Source: Pseudobdellovibrionaceae bacterium (GTDB taxonomy: Bacteria; Bdellovibrionota; Bdellovibrionia; Bdellovibrionales; Bdellovibrionaceae). From it: a DNA stretch of 64,000 nucleotides. Every line of letters starts with the position of its first letter. The first letter of the stretch is position 1. Under the pieces are notes generated by a model. That model had not been told where the DNA came from and did no database searches. It saw nothing but the letters and a program-made list of their open reading frames with translations. The stretch is from positions 1-64,000 of the forward strand of contig JBDHWW010000012.1 in the NCBI GenBank assembly GCA_039810425.1, written 5' to 3'. A program made the position numbers and the translations under genes. Shown here in pieces: positions 19,640 to 33,466 of the stretch.

Positions 19640-19981
19640 CTATATTTGCACAGGTAGCAAAAAGGTTCCATCGTTCTGAACAGGAAAATCTACGACCCCA
19701 ACAACTGCATCTAAATTTAACGGTCCATAGATATGCGGATAGTCTTCATTGAGATTGTAGAGGTCTTCGTATTTCACAAGGTGATCTAATTTACTTTCAT
19801 CAATTACTAAAAGAACGAGACCCTGCTTGCCTTTAAAATTGTAGTTAGCCACTTCCACGACCTGCTCGCCTAGTGAACAATGAATAAAGCCGTCTTTTTT
19901 CAAAGAAGGAGCCGTATAGACTCCTTCCGCCTGCGCCTTCTTCCAATCACTAACCGATGTTATGTGAAGAATCTTTCCCAC
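19640..19981 (-). CDS. DUF952 family protein
   Basis: SLKKDGFIHCS and YPHIYGPL motifs; GTG start after GAGGA. Confidence 0.85.
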   Translation of the reverse strand: MGKILHITSVSDWKKAQAEGVYTAPSLKKDGFIHCSLGEQVVEVANYNFKGKQGLVLLVIDESKLDHLVKYEDLYNLNEDYPHIYGPLNLDAVVGVVDFPVQNDGTFLLPVQI

Positions 19982-19994
19982 GACATTCCTCAAA

Positions 19995-21173
19995 CTAGTT
20001 GGCGAAAATGCTTTCAACAAATTCATGTGGGCTGAAGTGGCGGAGATCTTGGATGCGCTCGCCGACGCCGATGAACTTGATTGGGATTTGCAATTCGTTC
20101 GCGAGGCCCACGGCTACGCCGCCTTTTGCAGTGCCATCCATTTTAGTCAAGATCGCGCCCGTCAAAGTCAGAGCTTTGTGGTATTCCTTCGCTTGAATCA
20201 AAGCGTTTTGGCCGGAGTTTGCATCGAGTACGATAATCACTTCGTGAGGTGCATCAGGAATAACCTTCGTCATCACGCGCTTCATTTTCTTGAGCTCTTC
20301 CATCAGGTTTTCTTGCGTGTGCAAGCGGCCTGCGGTGTCGATGATGACGATGTCATAGTTTTGACCCTTGGCTTTTGAAACCGCATCGAAAGCGACAGCA
20401 CTTGGATCTTTCACCCCATCTGGAGAGAAGATTTCAACCTGCGCACGCTCCGTCCACACTTTCAACTGCCCACCAGCCGCTGCACGGAAGGTATCACCCG
20501 CTGCCACGAGGACGCGTTTGCCTTGGCTCGCGAACTGCGCTGACAACTTACCGATACTTGTGGTTTTACCAGCACCGTTCACGCCAACGACCATCAAAAC
20601 TGTTGGACCGTCTTTAGAGAACTGCAAATCATTGCTCGGAAGATTTGAGAACACACCTTCCATTTCGGTTTTCAAAGTGTCGCGCACTTTACCGAGATCG
20701 GCTTTTTCTTTGCGATTCATGTCCTCGAGAGCACCCATCAAGCGCTGAACTGTTTCAGGGCCCAAGTCGCTCGTGTAGAGAACTTCTTCGATGTCTTCTA
20801 AGTGCGATGAGGCTTCGTTGGCTTTAAAGAGATTCTTGATACGACCGAAGATGTTTTCTTCTGTCGCTCGAAGGGCCTTCTTAAGATCGACTTCTTTTTC
20901 TTCAGCAACGGGAGCTGGCGCCGGCGCTGGAGCCGCGGCTTTAACCGGAACGGCTTCGGGCTCTGGCTTTGCGGCTTCTTTCAGTTGTTCTGAAAGTGGC
21001 TTTTCTTGAGTTTGGGCGATTTGCTCCGCCGCTTTTCTGGCAGCAGTATCACGTGGGTTTTCGCCTTTGTTTCTTAGGAGGAAGTACCAAAGCGCGATAA
21101 AGATCAGAGTAAAAACAACGCCGAGGAGTCCAAAGATGGCGATCACATGGTCTTCATTCACATTTTGAAACAT
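19995..21173 (-). CDS. ftsY: SRP receptor FtsY with an N-terminal TM anchor
   Basis: GVNGAGKTT, DTFRAAA, DTAGR and TKMDGTAKGG motifs. Confidence 0.96.
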   Translation of the reverse strand: MFQNVNEDHVIAIFGLLGVVFTLIFIALWYFLLRNKGENPRDTAARKAAEQIAQTQEKPLSEQLKEAAKPEPEAVPVKAAAPAPAPAPVAEEKEVDLKKALRATEENIFGRIKNLFKANEASSHLEDIEEVLYTSDLGPETVQRLMGALEDMNRKEKADLGKVRDTLKTEMEGVFSNLPSNDLQFSKDGPTVLMVVGVNGAGKTTSIGKLSAQFASQGKRVLVAAGDTFRAAAGGQLKVWTERAQVEIFSPDGVKDPSAVAFDAVSKAKGQNYDIVIIDTAGRLHTQENLMEELKKMKRVMTKVIPDAPHEVIIVLDANSGQNALIQAKEYHKALTLTGAILTKMDGTAKGGVAVGLANELQIPIKFIGVGERIQDLRHFSPHEFVESIFAN

Positions 21174-21175
21174 GG

Positions 21176-25014
<3,839 letters not shown>

Positions 25015-25311
25015 TTTACTGTCCCCTCAAAATATCCCCGGCCTGTATGCCGAAATAGTAACAAGTCCGCCCAGCAAAAGACGGCAAGTCTTTGGTCGAG
25101 TTCTTCCAAAGACCCAATAACTGTCGCTAGGGATTGAGACCGTGTCAATCAAAGCCTACTAAACAGCCTTCGCAAGCTGAAAAGTTCAGCAGAGTTAGTG
25201 GCCGATTGCGCAATGCGTTTACTGCGCCGCCATGTGTACCTCTTACTTACCAACACTCTGCCCGCGAAGAAAGGGCGCCAGGACAAGCCGCAGCCCATCC
25301 CCAGGGCTCTG

Positions 25312-28300
25312 TCAATGCGTGATCTCTTTTTCAGAAAGCGGCATCGGCTTCACGTCTTCGCCGAGAATTTTGAGAGCTTCCTGTAAATCCTTTTCGTGGC
25401 GATGACCCTCCAGACGATGAGTCAAGCTATAGGCACAAGGGACCACCAACAAAGTTAAGAAGGTCGATACAGTCACACCTCCCACTACCGCAATACCCAT
25501 TGGACGAATGACCTCAGAGCCCGAGCCTGTTGCAAAGGCTTCAGGAATGGCGCCCGCAATTGTTGCAATCGACGTCATCAAAATCGGGCGCAGACGTAAG
25601 GGACAGGCCTCGAGCAAGGCCTCGGTGACTTCTAAACCTTCTTTGCGTTTACGATTGGTAAAGTCCACAAGCAGAATCGAGTTCTTTTTTACGATCCCCA
25701 TCAGCAGCAACATGCCGATCAAGCTGTAGATGTTGATAGACGTATCCGTCAACCACATCCCGAACAAAGCGCCTGTGATCGAAAAAGGTAAGGCCAGCAA
25801 AATCACCACCGGATGCAAGAAACTATTGAATTGGCTCGCAAGAACCATGTAGGCGACAAAAATCCCCAGCACCAATGCCACCATCAAACTGCGGAAGGAT
25901 TCGGTGAAAGCCTGCGAACTTCCCGACAGCAGCAGGTGATAACCCGGCGGCAACACTTCTTTTCCGAGTTTTTCAACGTAGGCCATCACCTCGGCCTGAG
26001 ACTTTCCTGGGACAAAGTTCCCGAAAACACCGATGGCCCGTTCCCGGTTGTAGCGAGTGATGGTTAAGAGCGTGCTGCTATCTTTGATTTTTATCACCGC
26101 CGCCAAAGGCACGATTTCCCCTTGGGCATTGCGCACCCAGATTTTTTTAATATCGTCGGCGGTCAGATTTTCCCCGGGATCGAGCTTGATCTGGATGTCA
26201 TCGCGGTGACCGGCAGCATCGGTGTATTTATTCGGCAGAAGCTTCACCCCGCCCACCATGGCGGCCACCGCATTTGAAATGGTTGTAACACTCACTCCCC
26301 GCGTCGCGGCCGCATCGCGATCCGGAATGATTTCGGACTGAGGCATATTCGGATTGTAATCACTATCCACATCCGCCATGTATCCAGAAGCTACAAGACG
26401 CTTACGCATTTCTAAAGAAAGCTCCGCAAGTTTATTCCAATCCGGGCCTTGCAGCTCAAACTCGACCGGATAGCCGCGCTGGGCGCTAAAACCAGTGAGT
26501 GACAAATCGAGAATCGCCACCCGCTGAACGCCTTGGATTTTTGCAAGCTCTGCGCGCAGATACCCCATAAACTCTTGCTGCGTAGGACGCTTCTTAAACG
26601 GCGCCGCCACGGGCCGATCGCCGGGATCCTTCATTGTGATAAATGAAATCCCCTGATTTACCAAGCCACCGCCAAAGCCCCCCACCGCCACGTAGTAAGC
26701 ATCGATTTCCGGGCGGGATTTATACAGAACTTCGGCCCGGCGAAAGACCGCGTCAGTGTAAGAAATCGACGAACCCATTTCAGTGTAAAGTGTTACCAGG
26801 AAACGGCTTTGATCTTGTGGCGGCAAAAATTCTTTTCTTAGGCCGCCGACCGTGAGCAGCGACACGATAAAAAACCCGGTCGCAATAGCCAACACCGTCC
26901 ATCGCCAATTCAAACAAAGACGCAAGATTTTTTTATAAAAGCCCGAGAGGAATACCGTCCCCTGACTGACTTTATGGGTGACCACGTTCTCACGCCCGAC
27001 CTGCAGAAACTGCGAACAGCGCATGGGCGCTAAGGTCAGGGCCTCGAGCAGCGATAGTGAAACGGCGGTCGCCATCGCAATACCGAATTGAAAGAAGAAC
27101 TTACCAATTATCCCCTGCATGAAGACTACAGGTACGAAAATCGCAAGAATCGCCAAAGAAGCCGCCACTGCGGCGCCAGTGATTTCGCGGGCCCCGACAA
27201 GGGCCGCCAACACACGGTTTTTACCTTCTTCAAAGTGGCGCGTGATATTCTCTAGCACCATGATGGCATCATCCACCACGATTCCCACCGAAAGCGACAG
27301 CGCCATCAAAGTGAAGGTGTTGATCGTAAAACCGAGAAAATGCAAAATTAAAAACGAACCGACCAATGAGACCGGGATCGCCAAGATCACGTTAAAGGCC
27401 GAACTGAGGTTTCCAAGGAACAGATAACACACAAGCGCTGTCAGCAATACGGCCATTCCCAGAGTGCGCAACAGCTCCGCAATGGCGTCTTGGATAAACA
27501 CCGTCGTATCGGCAACGACCGCCATCTCGGTCCCCTTAGGCAAGGACGGAGCCAGCTGTTTCAGTTTCTTTTTCACGTTGTCGCCGATTTCAACCGCGTT
27601 GGTCCCATGCTGTTTGATAACCCCCACCCCGATCGTCGGCTGAATCCCGTCATAGCGGGAAATTCTGCGGACTTCATCAGTGGCCTCTTCGCAGGTCGCG
27701 ACCTGTTTAATGCGGATTTGCCGCCAAACGGGCAAACCCAAGCGAGTCGGAATCGTGAGGTTGTTACATTGCTCAGCGTTTGTAAACTCAGACTGCAGCC
27801 GGATGAAGTTTTCTTTCTCGCCTAAGTCCTGATAACCCGTTGGAACGAGCTGATGCTCATTGTTAATCGCCGCGATAACATCATCGGAAGTGATTTCCAG
27901 ATCATACATTTTTTTTGAATGCAGCCAGATTCTCATCTGCGGATCGACATAGCCTCCGATTGCCACGTCCCCCACTCCGGTGATGGTTGTGATGGTGTCT
28001 TTCAAATGATCGCGCACAAACAACGCCAGTTCGCGCAATGTGCCCGTGTGGCTATAAACCGCCGTCCACATAATCGGCTGATCGTTAGGATTGGTTTTCG
28101 TGATGATCGGTGGATCAATGGTTTGTGGTAAGTTCTTTTGTGCCTGCGAGATCTTGGTTTGAACTTGTTGAAGGGCTACATTGATATCCTGATCCAAATG
28201 GAATTGAATCACAATCTGTGTCGAGCCCAACTGCGAGGCCGACTGCACGTGATCAACCCCGTCGACACTCATCACGGCATCTTCGATCACGTCGGCTACG

Positions 28301-28485
28301 GAGGACTCCATCACATCGGGCGAAGCGCCAGCCCAAGTAACCGTCACGGTCACCACTGGAAAATCCACATCTGGCAATTGGCTGATCCCCATTAAAAAAT
28401 ACGAGATCGTACCAAAGACTAAAAGCCCCACCATCAGCATCCACGCAAAGACAGGCCTTTTAATCGAGATGTCTGAAAGAGTCAT
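25312..28485 (-). CDS. RND efflux permease 1 (AcrB family)
   Basis: GIVVDDAI, GIVKKNSIL and RLRPILMTS motifs; 1057 aa. Confidence 0.95.
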   Translation of the reverse strand: MTLSDISIKRPVFAWMLMVGLLVFGTISYFLMGISQLPDVDFPVVTVTVTWAGASPDVMESSVADVIEDAVMSVDGVDHVQSASQLGSTQIVIQFHLDQDINVALQQVQTKISQAQKNLPQTIDPPIITKTNPNDQPIMWTAVYSHTGTLRELALFVRDHLKDTITTITGVGDVAIGGYVDPQMRIWLHSKKMYDLEITSDDVIAAINNEHQLVPTGYQDLGEKENFIRLQSEFTNAEQCNNLTIPTRLGLPVWRQIRIKQVATCEEATDEVRRISRYDGIQPTIGVGVIKQHGTNAVEIGDNVKKKLKQLAPSLPKGTEMAVVADTTVFIQDAIAELLRTLGMAVLLTALVCYLFLGNLSSAFNVILAIPVSLVGSFLILHFLGFTINTFTLMALSLSVGIVVDDAIMVLENITRHFEEGKNRVLAALVGAREITGAAVAASLAILAIFVPVVFMQGIIGKFFFQFGIAMATAVSLSLLEALTLAPMRCSQFLQVGRENVVTHKVSQGTVFLSGFYKKILRLCLNWRWTVLAIATGFFIVSLLTVGGLRKEFLPPQDQSRFLVTLYTEMGSSISYTDAVFRRAEVLYKSRPEIDAYYVAVGGFGGGLVNQGISFITMKDPGDRPVAAPFKKRPTQQEFMGYLRAELAKIQGVQRVAILDLSLTGFSAQRGYPVEFELQGPDWNKLAELSLEMRKRLVASGYMADVDSDYNPNMPQSEIIPDRDAAATRGVSVTTISNAVAAMVGGVKLLPNKYTDAAGHRDDIQIKLDPGENLTADDIKKIWVRNAQGEIVPLAAVIKIKDSSTLLTITRYNRERAIGVFGNFVPGKSQAEVMAYVEKLGKEVLPPGYHLLLSGSSQAFTESFRSLMVALVLGIFVAYMVLASQFNSFLHPVVILLALPFSITGALFGMWLTDTSINIYSLIGMLLLMGIVKKNSILLVDFTNRKRKEGLEVTEALLEACPLRLRPILMTSIATIAGAIPEAFATGSGSEVIRPMGIAVVGGVTVSTFLTLLVVPCAYSLTHRLEGHRHEKDLQEALKILGEDVKPMPLSEKEITH

Positions 28486-28491
28486 AGGTTT

Positions 28492-29850
28492 CTACTTTGC
28501 TCGGCAAAGCTCCATCAAAGGAACAAGTTTATTGGGATGAACTATACGACGGATCACCCCACCGCCGCCGATTTGTGAAACTTTACACGCGCGAATACCG
28601 GCGAACTTGTCTAAAATCAAAGAACGATTCAGTGTCACACGCTGCGAGTCCAGATCGATCTGCGCCTGTAAGCGCGTCACGGATGCCTGGGCCAGTGAGT
28701 TCGCCGCAGTCAGAACATGCAGAAGGTCCGTGGTTCCTAAAGTATACTGAGTCAAGTACGCGTTATAGGCCCTCTTGAAATTGTTTTCGGCGTCCGTGGC
28801 TGACGCCAGTTGCAGTTTCGTCGAACGCACCGAGGCCAGTGCGGATTCAAGAATCTGCGCTTGCTCTTGCACCACCGCCTGACGGCGCAAGTACATGTCT
28901 TGAATGTTGAGATTGCTCAAGGTGATGTTAGGAAAGTAACCAAAGCCAAAATTAAACGACCCTTCCCCGGCAACTCTTCCGAAGGAAACTCCTCCGCCTT
29001 GGCCACTGCTTTGGGCGCTGACCGTGGCACCGTTAAAGAAACTAAAAACTTTGCTCCACTTATCTGCCTTGGCTGCTAAAATGAGCGCATCAATTTGCGC
29101 CATTTCCGGCGCTTTCTTTAAAACTTCCGGCAACAAGCTCTCGGCGTCGGCGTTCTCATATCGGTCAACCTGGTCCGGATGAAGGAGATCAAAACGGATG
29201 TCAACACTCAAATCAAGCCCCAGCATTTGTCGAATGGAAGCCCGTTCTTGCGCGATCAACTCTTCAAACTGCCCCACTTGGGTTTTCATCATTGAGGTCT
29301 GCGCTTGAGCCGAATAGAGGTCCGTGATCGGGCGAAGCCCCAGCTTCACCGCCAAATCGACGTTATTTTGAATGTCTAAAAGATTTTTATACTGAGAGTA
29401 CAAAACGTCTTGCAAAGCAAAATCACCAACAATGGTCATGTAAACCGAATAGGCCGAAGCATATTCGTTGAGTTGCAAAATATAGTAGGACTTCACTTCA
29501 GCATTCAGCAAGTACTGGCTTTCGCGCAGATTGATCCAATTGCTAGGTAGAAGGAATGGCAACAAAAACACCGCAGAGGCGAGATAAAAACCGCCGCCAC
29601 TGATTCCCGCGCCAAGATTCAACGAAGGCAATAACTGTGCCCTGGCAAGGTCGACATTCACTTTTGCCTTGTAAACATTATTGAGCTCTTGAAGCAGATT
29701 GTTGTTCTGCGCCAGAAGTAAAGTTTGTAAGGATTGTGGATTAACCCGCACGGTTTTCACCGCTGCCGGCGTCATCTCGTCAACTGCAAAAACGGGTTGC
29801 ACTCCCAAACCCAAAGCCAATACACACGGAATGATTCTTCTCTTAAACAT
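28492..29850 (-). CDS. TolC-like outer-membrane factor (divergent)
   Basis: Signal peptide, ARAQLLPSLN, Y..G..DLLHVL; two helical-hairpin repeats. Confidence 0.8.
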   Translation of the reverse strand: MFKRRIIPCVLALGLGVQPVFAVDEMTPAAVKTVRVNPQSLQTLLLAQNNNLLQELNNVYKAKVNVDLARAQLLPSLNLGAGISGGGFYLASAVFLLPFLLPSNWINLRESQYLLNAEVKSYYILQLNEYASAYSVYMTIVGDFALQDVLYSQYKNLLDIQNNVDLAVKLGLRPITDLYSAQAQTSMMKTQVGQFEELIAQERASIRQMLGLDLSVDIRFDLLHPDQVDRYENADAESLLPEVLKKAPEMAQIDALILAAKADKWSKVFSFFNGATVSAQSSGQGGGVSFGRVAGEGSFNFGFGYFPNITLSNLNIQDMYLRRQAVVQEQAQILESALASVRSTKLQLASATDAENNFKRAYNAYLTQYTLGTTDLLHVLTAANSLAQASVTRLQAQIDLDSQRVTLNRSLILDKFAGIRACKVSQIGGGGVIRRIVHPNKLVPLMELCRAK

Positions 29851-29981
29851 ATCGCCCCCGCGTTGGAGATTGGGACGATTTTCCATCACTGTCAAATCCG
29901 GCTTATATCCTGAAAACGCGAAGAAATAGTGACGTCTTGCAATTACAAAGTTGTGCTAGCGTGAACCCACAAGGACATTAC

Positions 29982-31295
29982 ATGAAGAGCTTTTTCGTCT
30001 TAAGCATGCTTTTTCTATCGGTGGCCCGAGCCCAAGCACCGGTACAGGACCTGAGCATTCACGATGCGGTTCAGCTTGCTATACAAAACAATCCTGCTTT
30101 CCGTGAGTCTGTCGAGAAAATCACACAGGCTGAGACGGAAGTTCCTCTGGCCAGAGCCCTGATTTTTCCCACTCTCGCAGCGGTTGGGGATGCACAGCGG
30201 GTTAAAGACTCCAATCTCGGTCAGAATCCGCGCTTTGACGGCAAACCTTTCAATCAATATGACGCGTCCTTAAAGTTGACACAAATTATTTTTCAAATGG
30301 GAACTTTGTCGGGCATCAGTGCGGCACAAAAAGATGCGAGCATTAGCAAACTCAATGCGCAAATATCAGCCCGCAACCTGATGAACTTAACAATTCAAGC
30401 TTACTACCAGGTGGTGCTGAGCTCACGCAATATTGAAACTCTTCTCCGTCAACAACGGATCGTAAGGGAATCCCTGGATGTTGCCCAACACAGGGAGCGT
30501 AACGGTCGTGGTCAGGTCCTAGATGTCCTGCAAGTAAAAACGCAGCTGGCACTCCTTGACGGCCAGATCGCCACGGCCCGCAATCAACTGGCAATTGCGG
30601 TTGCGAGCCTCGCTAATACCATCGGAGGAGCCACGCAAAACATGATTCGCGTCAAAGATCATCTTGAGGCTCCGGATATTCCTGATGTCGATCAGGATGT
30701 GGATCTAAAGAACTACACAATTCCTGAAATTGAATCGGATCTTCTTTCAATCCAACGTCTTGATGACCAACGGCAGGTGATGTGGGGGCAAAACCTGCCT
30801 AATATAAGTCTTTTCGGTAACTATAATTTTACCAACTACAAGCAATCCGATCTCTTCGATGACAGCGCGAACTCTTGGAGCTTTGGCTTGCAGCTGACGA
30901 TTCCCCTTTTCTCGGGCCTCTCGACGATTTATCAAAACCGCTCTTTACTGTCACAGCGCCTGCAATTGGAGTTCGATAAGAAAAATGTCGAAAACCAAGT
31001 GGCCTATCAACAGATCACCAGCCGCAAAAACCTTGAAACCGCCAAAGATTCCATTTCCACCGGCATCGACGCTCTTAAGTTGGCGGAGGCTTCCTCGAAT
31101 GAGGCCCGCCGTAACTACCGTAATGCAACGATCGACTTCGTTCAGCTTTTAACGGTGGAACAATCCTTTGTTCAAGCAGAGCAAACTCTCAACTCCTCTC
31201 GCTATAATTACATTACGGCATTGGCAAATTACTATGCGGCCTCAGGGCAGGACATGGCCAAGCTTGTGGCGCTGTTAGAAAGGACCAACAAATGA
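29982..31295 (+). CDS. TolC-like outer-membrane factor
   Basis: LSIHDAVQLAIQNNP, LQLTIPLFSG and YRNATIDFVQLL. Confidence 0.9.
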   Translation: MKSFFVLSMLFLSVARAQAPVQDLSIHDAVQLAIQNNPAFRESVEKITQAETEVPLARALIFPTLAAVGDAQRVKDSNLGQNPRFDGKPFNQYDASLKLTQIIFQMGTLSGISAAQKDASISKLNAQISARNLMNLTIQAYYQVVLSSRNIETLLRQQRIVRESLDVAQHRERNGRGQVLDVLQVKTQLALLDGQIATARNQLAIAVASLANTIGGATQNMIRVKDHLEAPDIPDVDQDVDLKNYTIPEIESDLLSIQRLDDQRQVMWGQNLPNISLFGNYNFTNYKQSDLFDDSANSWSFGLQLTIPLFSGLSTIYQNRSLLSQRLQLEFDKKNVENQVAYQQITSRKNLETAKDSISTGIDALKLAEASSNEARRNYRNATIDFVQLLTVEQSFVQAEQTLNSSRYNYITALANYYAASGQDMAKLVALLERTNK

Positions 31296-32008
31296 CGGGC
31301 ATGAAGTCCTTACTGATATTCTCGTTATGGATCGTGGGATCAAGGACGCTGGCAGCGACTAAAACACCCACAAACATCGTCGTGCCCATTCCGCAAAGCG
31401 AGATCGTCTATCCGGAAAGTTTGGCGACTCCACCGCCGCCGATCACAAACTATTTTTTTCAGCTTCAAGTCTCGTCATGGGCTCCGAACCAGATCCTCCA
31501 GCCCAGTTACCTGCCAAACACAACGGACTTCAAAAGCATTTCACCGCAGTTTTCCCTGCTGATGGGAAGCCCCCTGAGCGAAGGTGAGTCCGTTCGCTGG
31601 ACCACGCTCATGGGTGTTTCCTATGTTGAAATGCAACGCTCAGGAACTCTCGGTTATGACGTGAATGCGTTTACGGTGTCGCAAAATCTAAATCTGTATC
31701 AGATACAACTCGGAGTGGAAGCGACTTTTAAAAAAATATTTAAAGATCAACTGCATCCTCTATTCGGCCTGACTTTAAATCCGGCTTGGAGCCAAGCCCC
31801 CGCCTCGGAGTTTAACGATGGCATTAGTCAAGTGGATTGGCTCGTGCGTGTGATGGCCGGTGTTTCCTGGAGCTTTCCTAAATTTGCGGCTTCCATCGGC
31901 CTTACAGACACGTCTCTTTTATTTGGGGCGGAAGCCACTAAAAGTATCAGTGCCGAGGACTACTCCGGATCGGGATTGTGGATCGCGACCCGGATGAATT
32001 GGCACTAA
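31292..32008 (+). CDS. Putative small outer-membrane beta-barrel protein
   Basis: Signal peptide, Pro-rich linker, amphipathic strands, aromatic C-terminus (WIATRMNWH). Confidence 0.65.
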   Translation: MTGMKSLLIFSLWIVGSRTLAATKTPTNIVVPIPQSEIVYPESLATPPPPITNYFFQLQVSSWAPNQILQPSYLPNTTDFKSISPQFSLLMGSPLSEGESVRWTTLMGVSYVEMQRSGTLGYDVNAFTVSQNLNLYQIQLGVEATFKKIFKDQLHPLFGLTLNPAWSQAPASEFNDGISQVDWLVRVMAGVSWSFPKFAASIGLTDTSLLFGAEATKSISAEDYSGSGLWIATRMNWH

Positions 32009-32032
32009 AGAACTAATTATAAGGAGTCTTTT

Positions 32033-33403
32033 ATGAAAACCCTTCTCTTCATTCTCCTCGCCTCGGCCCTAGGGCTGCAGGCTTGCAGCAAAGATCAATC
32101 TTTGGATGATTACAAACAAACCCGCCTCGATCAGAATTTAGCTCAGCTCCAAGCCGTTCAGGGACGTTATTCAGGCATCATGACTTCCAAGCGAACTGGA
32201 AAAACTCTGGGGGCTTTGCAGTTAACTTTGAAAGCCACCACGCAAGTTCAACCGAGCCCCGATGAGTCGAAAGCCACCGCCCAGCCGATACTCGTTGCCA
32301 ATGTCGACTTTCAAGGTGCCTCCCGCATTTCAGTCGTCGCACAGAATAGTTATTTTGATCCCAATAGCGGTAAGTTCCAGGCCAATATCCCCGTTCAAGA
32401 AACGGATGCCTCTGGACAAACGCAAACTGAAAACATCAGTATCACGGGTGCTATACAAAACGGCGCCCTCTCAGGAACTCTGGAGGCCGCCGGCTATTCA
32501 GATTATGGCAGCACCTTTCTGTTAGCAAGAGACGGCCGGGACATTGGATCGCTTGCCGGCGAATCCGATATCGACCCGAGCACGGTGTTTACGCAAAAAA
32601 ACTATGTGGGCACGACCGACTTTGCCAATGGGACATCAAAGGCAGTGGTGATGATTTTACTAAAGCCGCCGACGACTTCGGAAATTGACTTTTTAAGTCT
32701 GCTGACACCTGAACGCGCACTTCAGATCAATCTCAACTACGGAAATGGTGCCCATGTTATTTTTAACAACGGCACCTGGGATCAGCGCACAGGAAGCCTC
32801 ACTGGCCAAACGCCCCTGTCGCGCACTCTGATTCCTGGTGACAACACGAGCACCCAAACGGTCACCTTGTACTTGAATCCTTGTCAGATGTCCCAAGACA
32901 CGACTCGCGTTGATTGCACGATCTCGACCAGTAGCTCACAAGGCCCTGTCGCGCATTTACAGCTGCAAGCAAGCTCCACTTCGAACTCAGAACCGCCCGC
33001 AGATAAAAATGGCCAAATCGATGCGATCATTCGCGTCTATAACGGCACCGCCCAGTTAACTCCGGGAGCTTCCTGGATTCCAGCGACGATGAATGTCGTC
33101 GATCCGGCGCAAACACGCATGCAAGAGATCACGGATCTGCTCTTTCCTCCGTCAGAGAAAATCTTGCAGGTGTCTATTTCGTTTCCGGGAGCTCAAGTCG
33201 GCATCAGCTTTCCGGCAACAAAGTGGGATGTGAACCGGCAAACGTTGGATGGGAACCAGACCATGGTTGTCGATAATCAGTCCAACAACCTTTCGCTGTC
33301 CTGTCAGAACTTTGGCTTCTCGGCCAGTCAATACTCTTTTACTTGTACGTACATAAGCAGTCTCAGGAGCACTTATGTCCAATTTAAGTTTGCCTCCAAT
33401 TGA
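32033..33403 (+). CDS. Lipoprotein with three tandem beta-rich repeats
   Basis: Lipobox LQAC, AAGGAG SD, and a Y.G...(F/W)D..(S/T/R)..(F/L) motif three times. Confidence 0.8.
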   Translation: MKTLLFILLASALGLQACSKDQSLDDYKQTRLDQNLAQLQAVQGRYSGIMTSKRTGKTLGALQLTLKATTQVQPSPDESKATAQPILVANVDFQGASRISVVAQNSYFDPNSGKFQANIPVQETDASGQTQTENISITGAIQNGALSGTLEAAGYSDYGSTFLLARDGRDIGSLAGESDIDPSTVFTQKNYVGTTDFANGTSKAVVMILLKPPTTSEIDFLSLLTPERALQINLNYGNGAHVIFNNGTWDQRTGSLTGQTPLSRTLIPGDNTSTQTVTLYLNPCQMSQDTTRVDCTISTSSSQGPVAHLQLQASSTSNSEPPADKNGQIDAIIRVYNGTAQLTPGASWIPATMNVVDPAQTRMQEITDLLFPPSEKILQVSISFPGAQVGISFPATKWDVNRQTLDGNQTMVVDNQSNNLSLSCQNFGFSASQYSFTCTYISSLRSTYVQFKFASN

Positions 33404-33466
33404 GGAAGACCGATTTGGCATTTTGACATTGATGATCAGGATCATCCTGCGCACGATACGCGGCAT

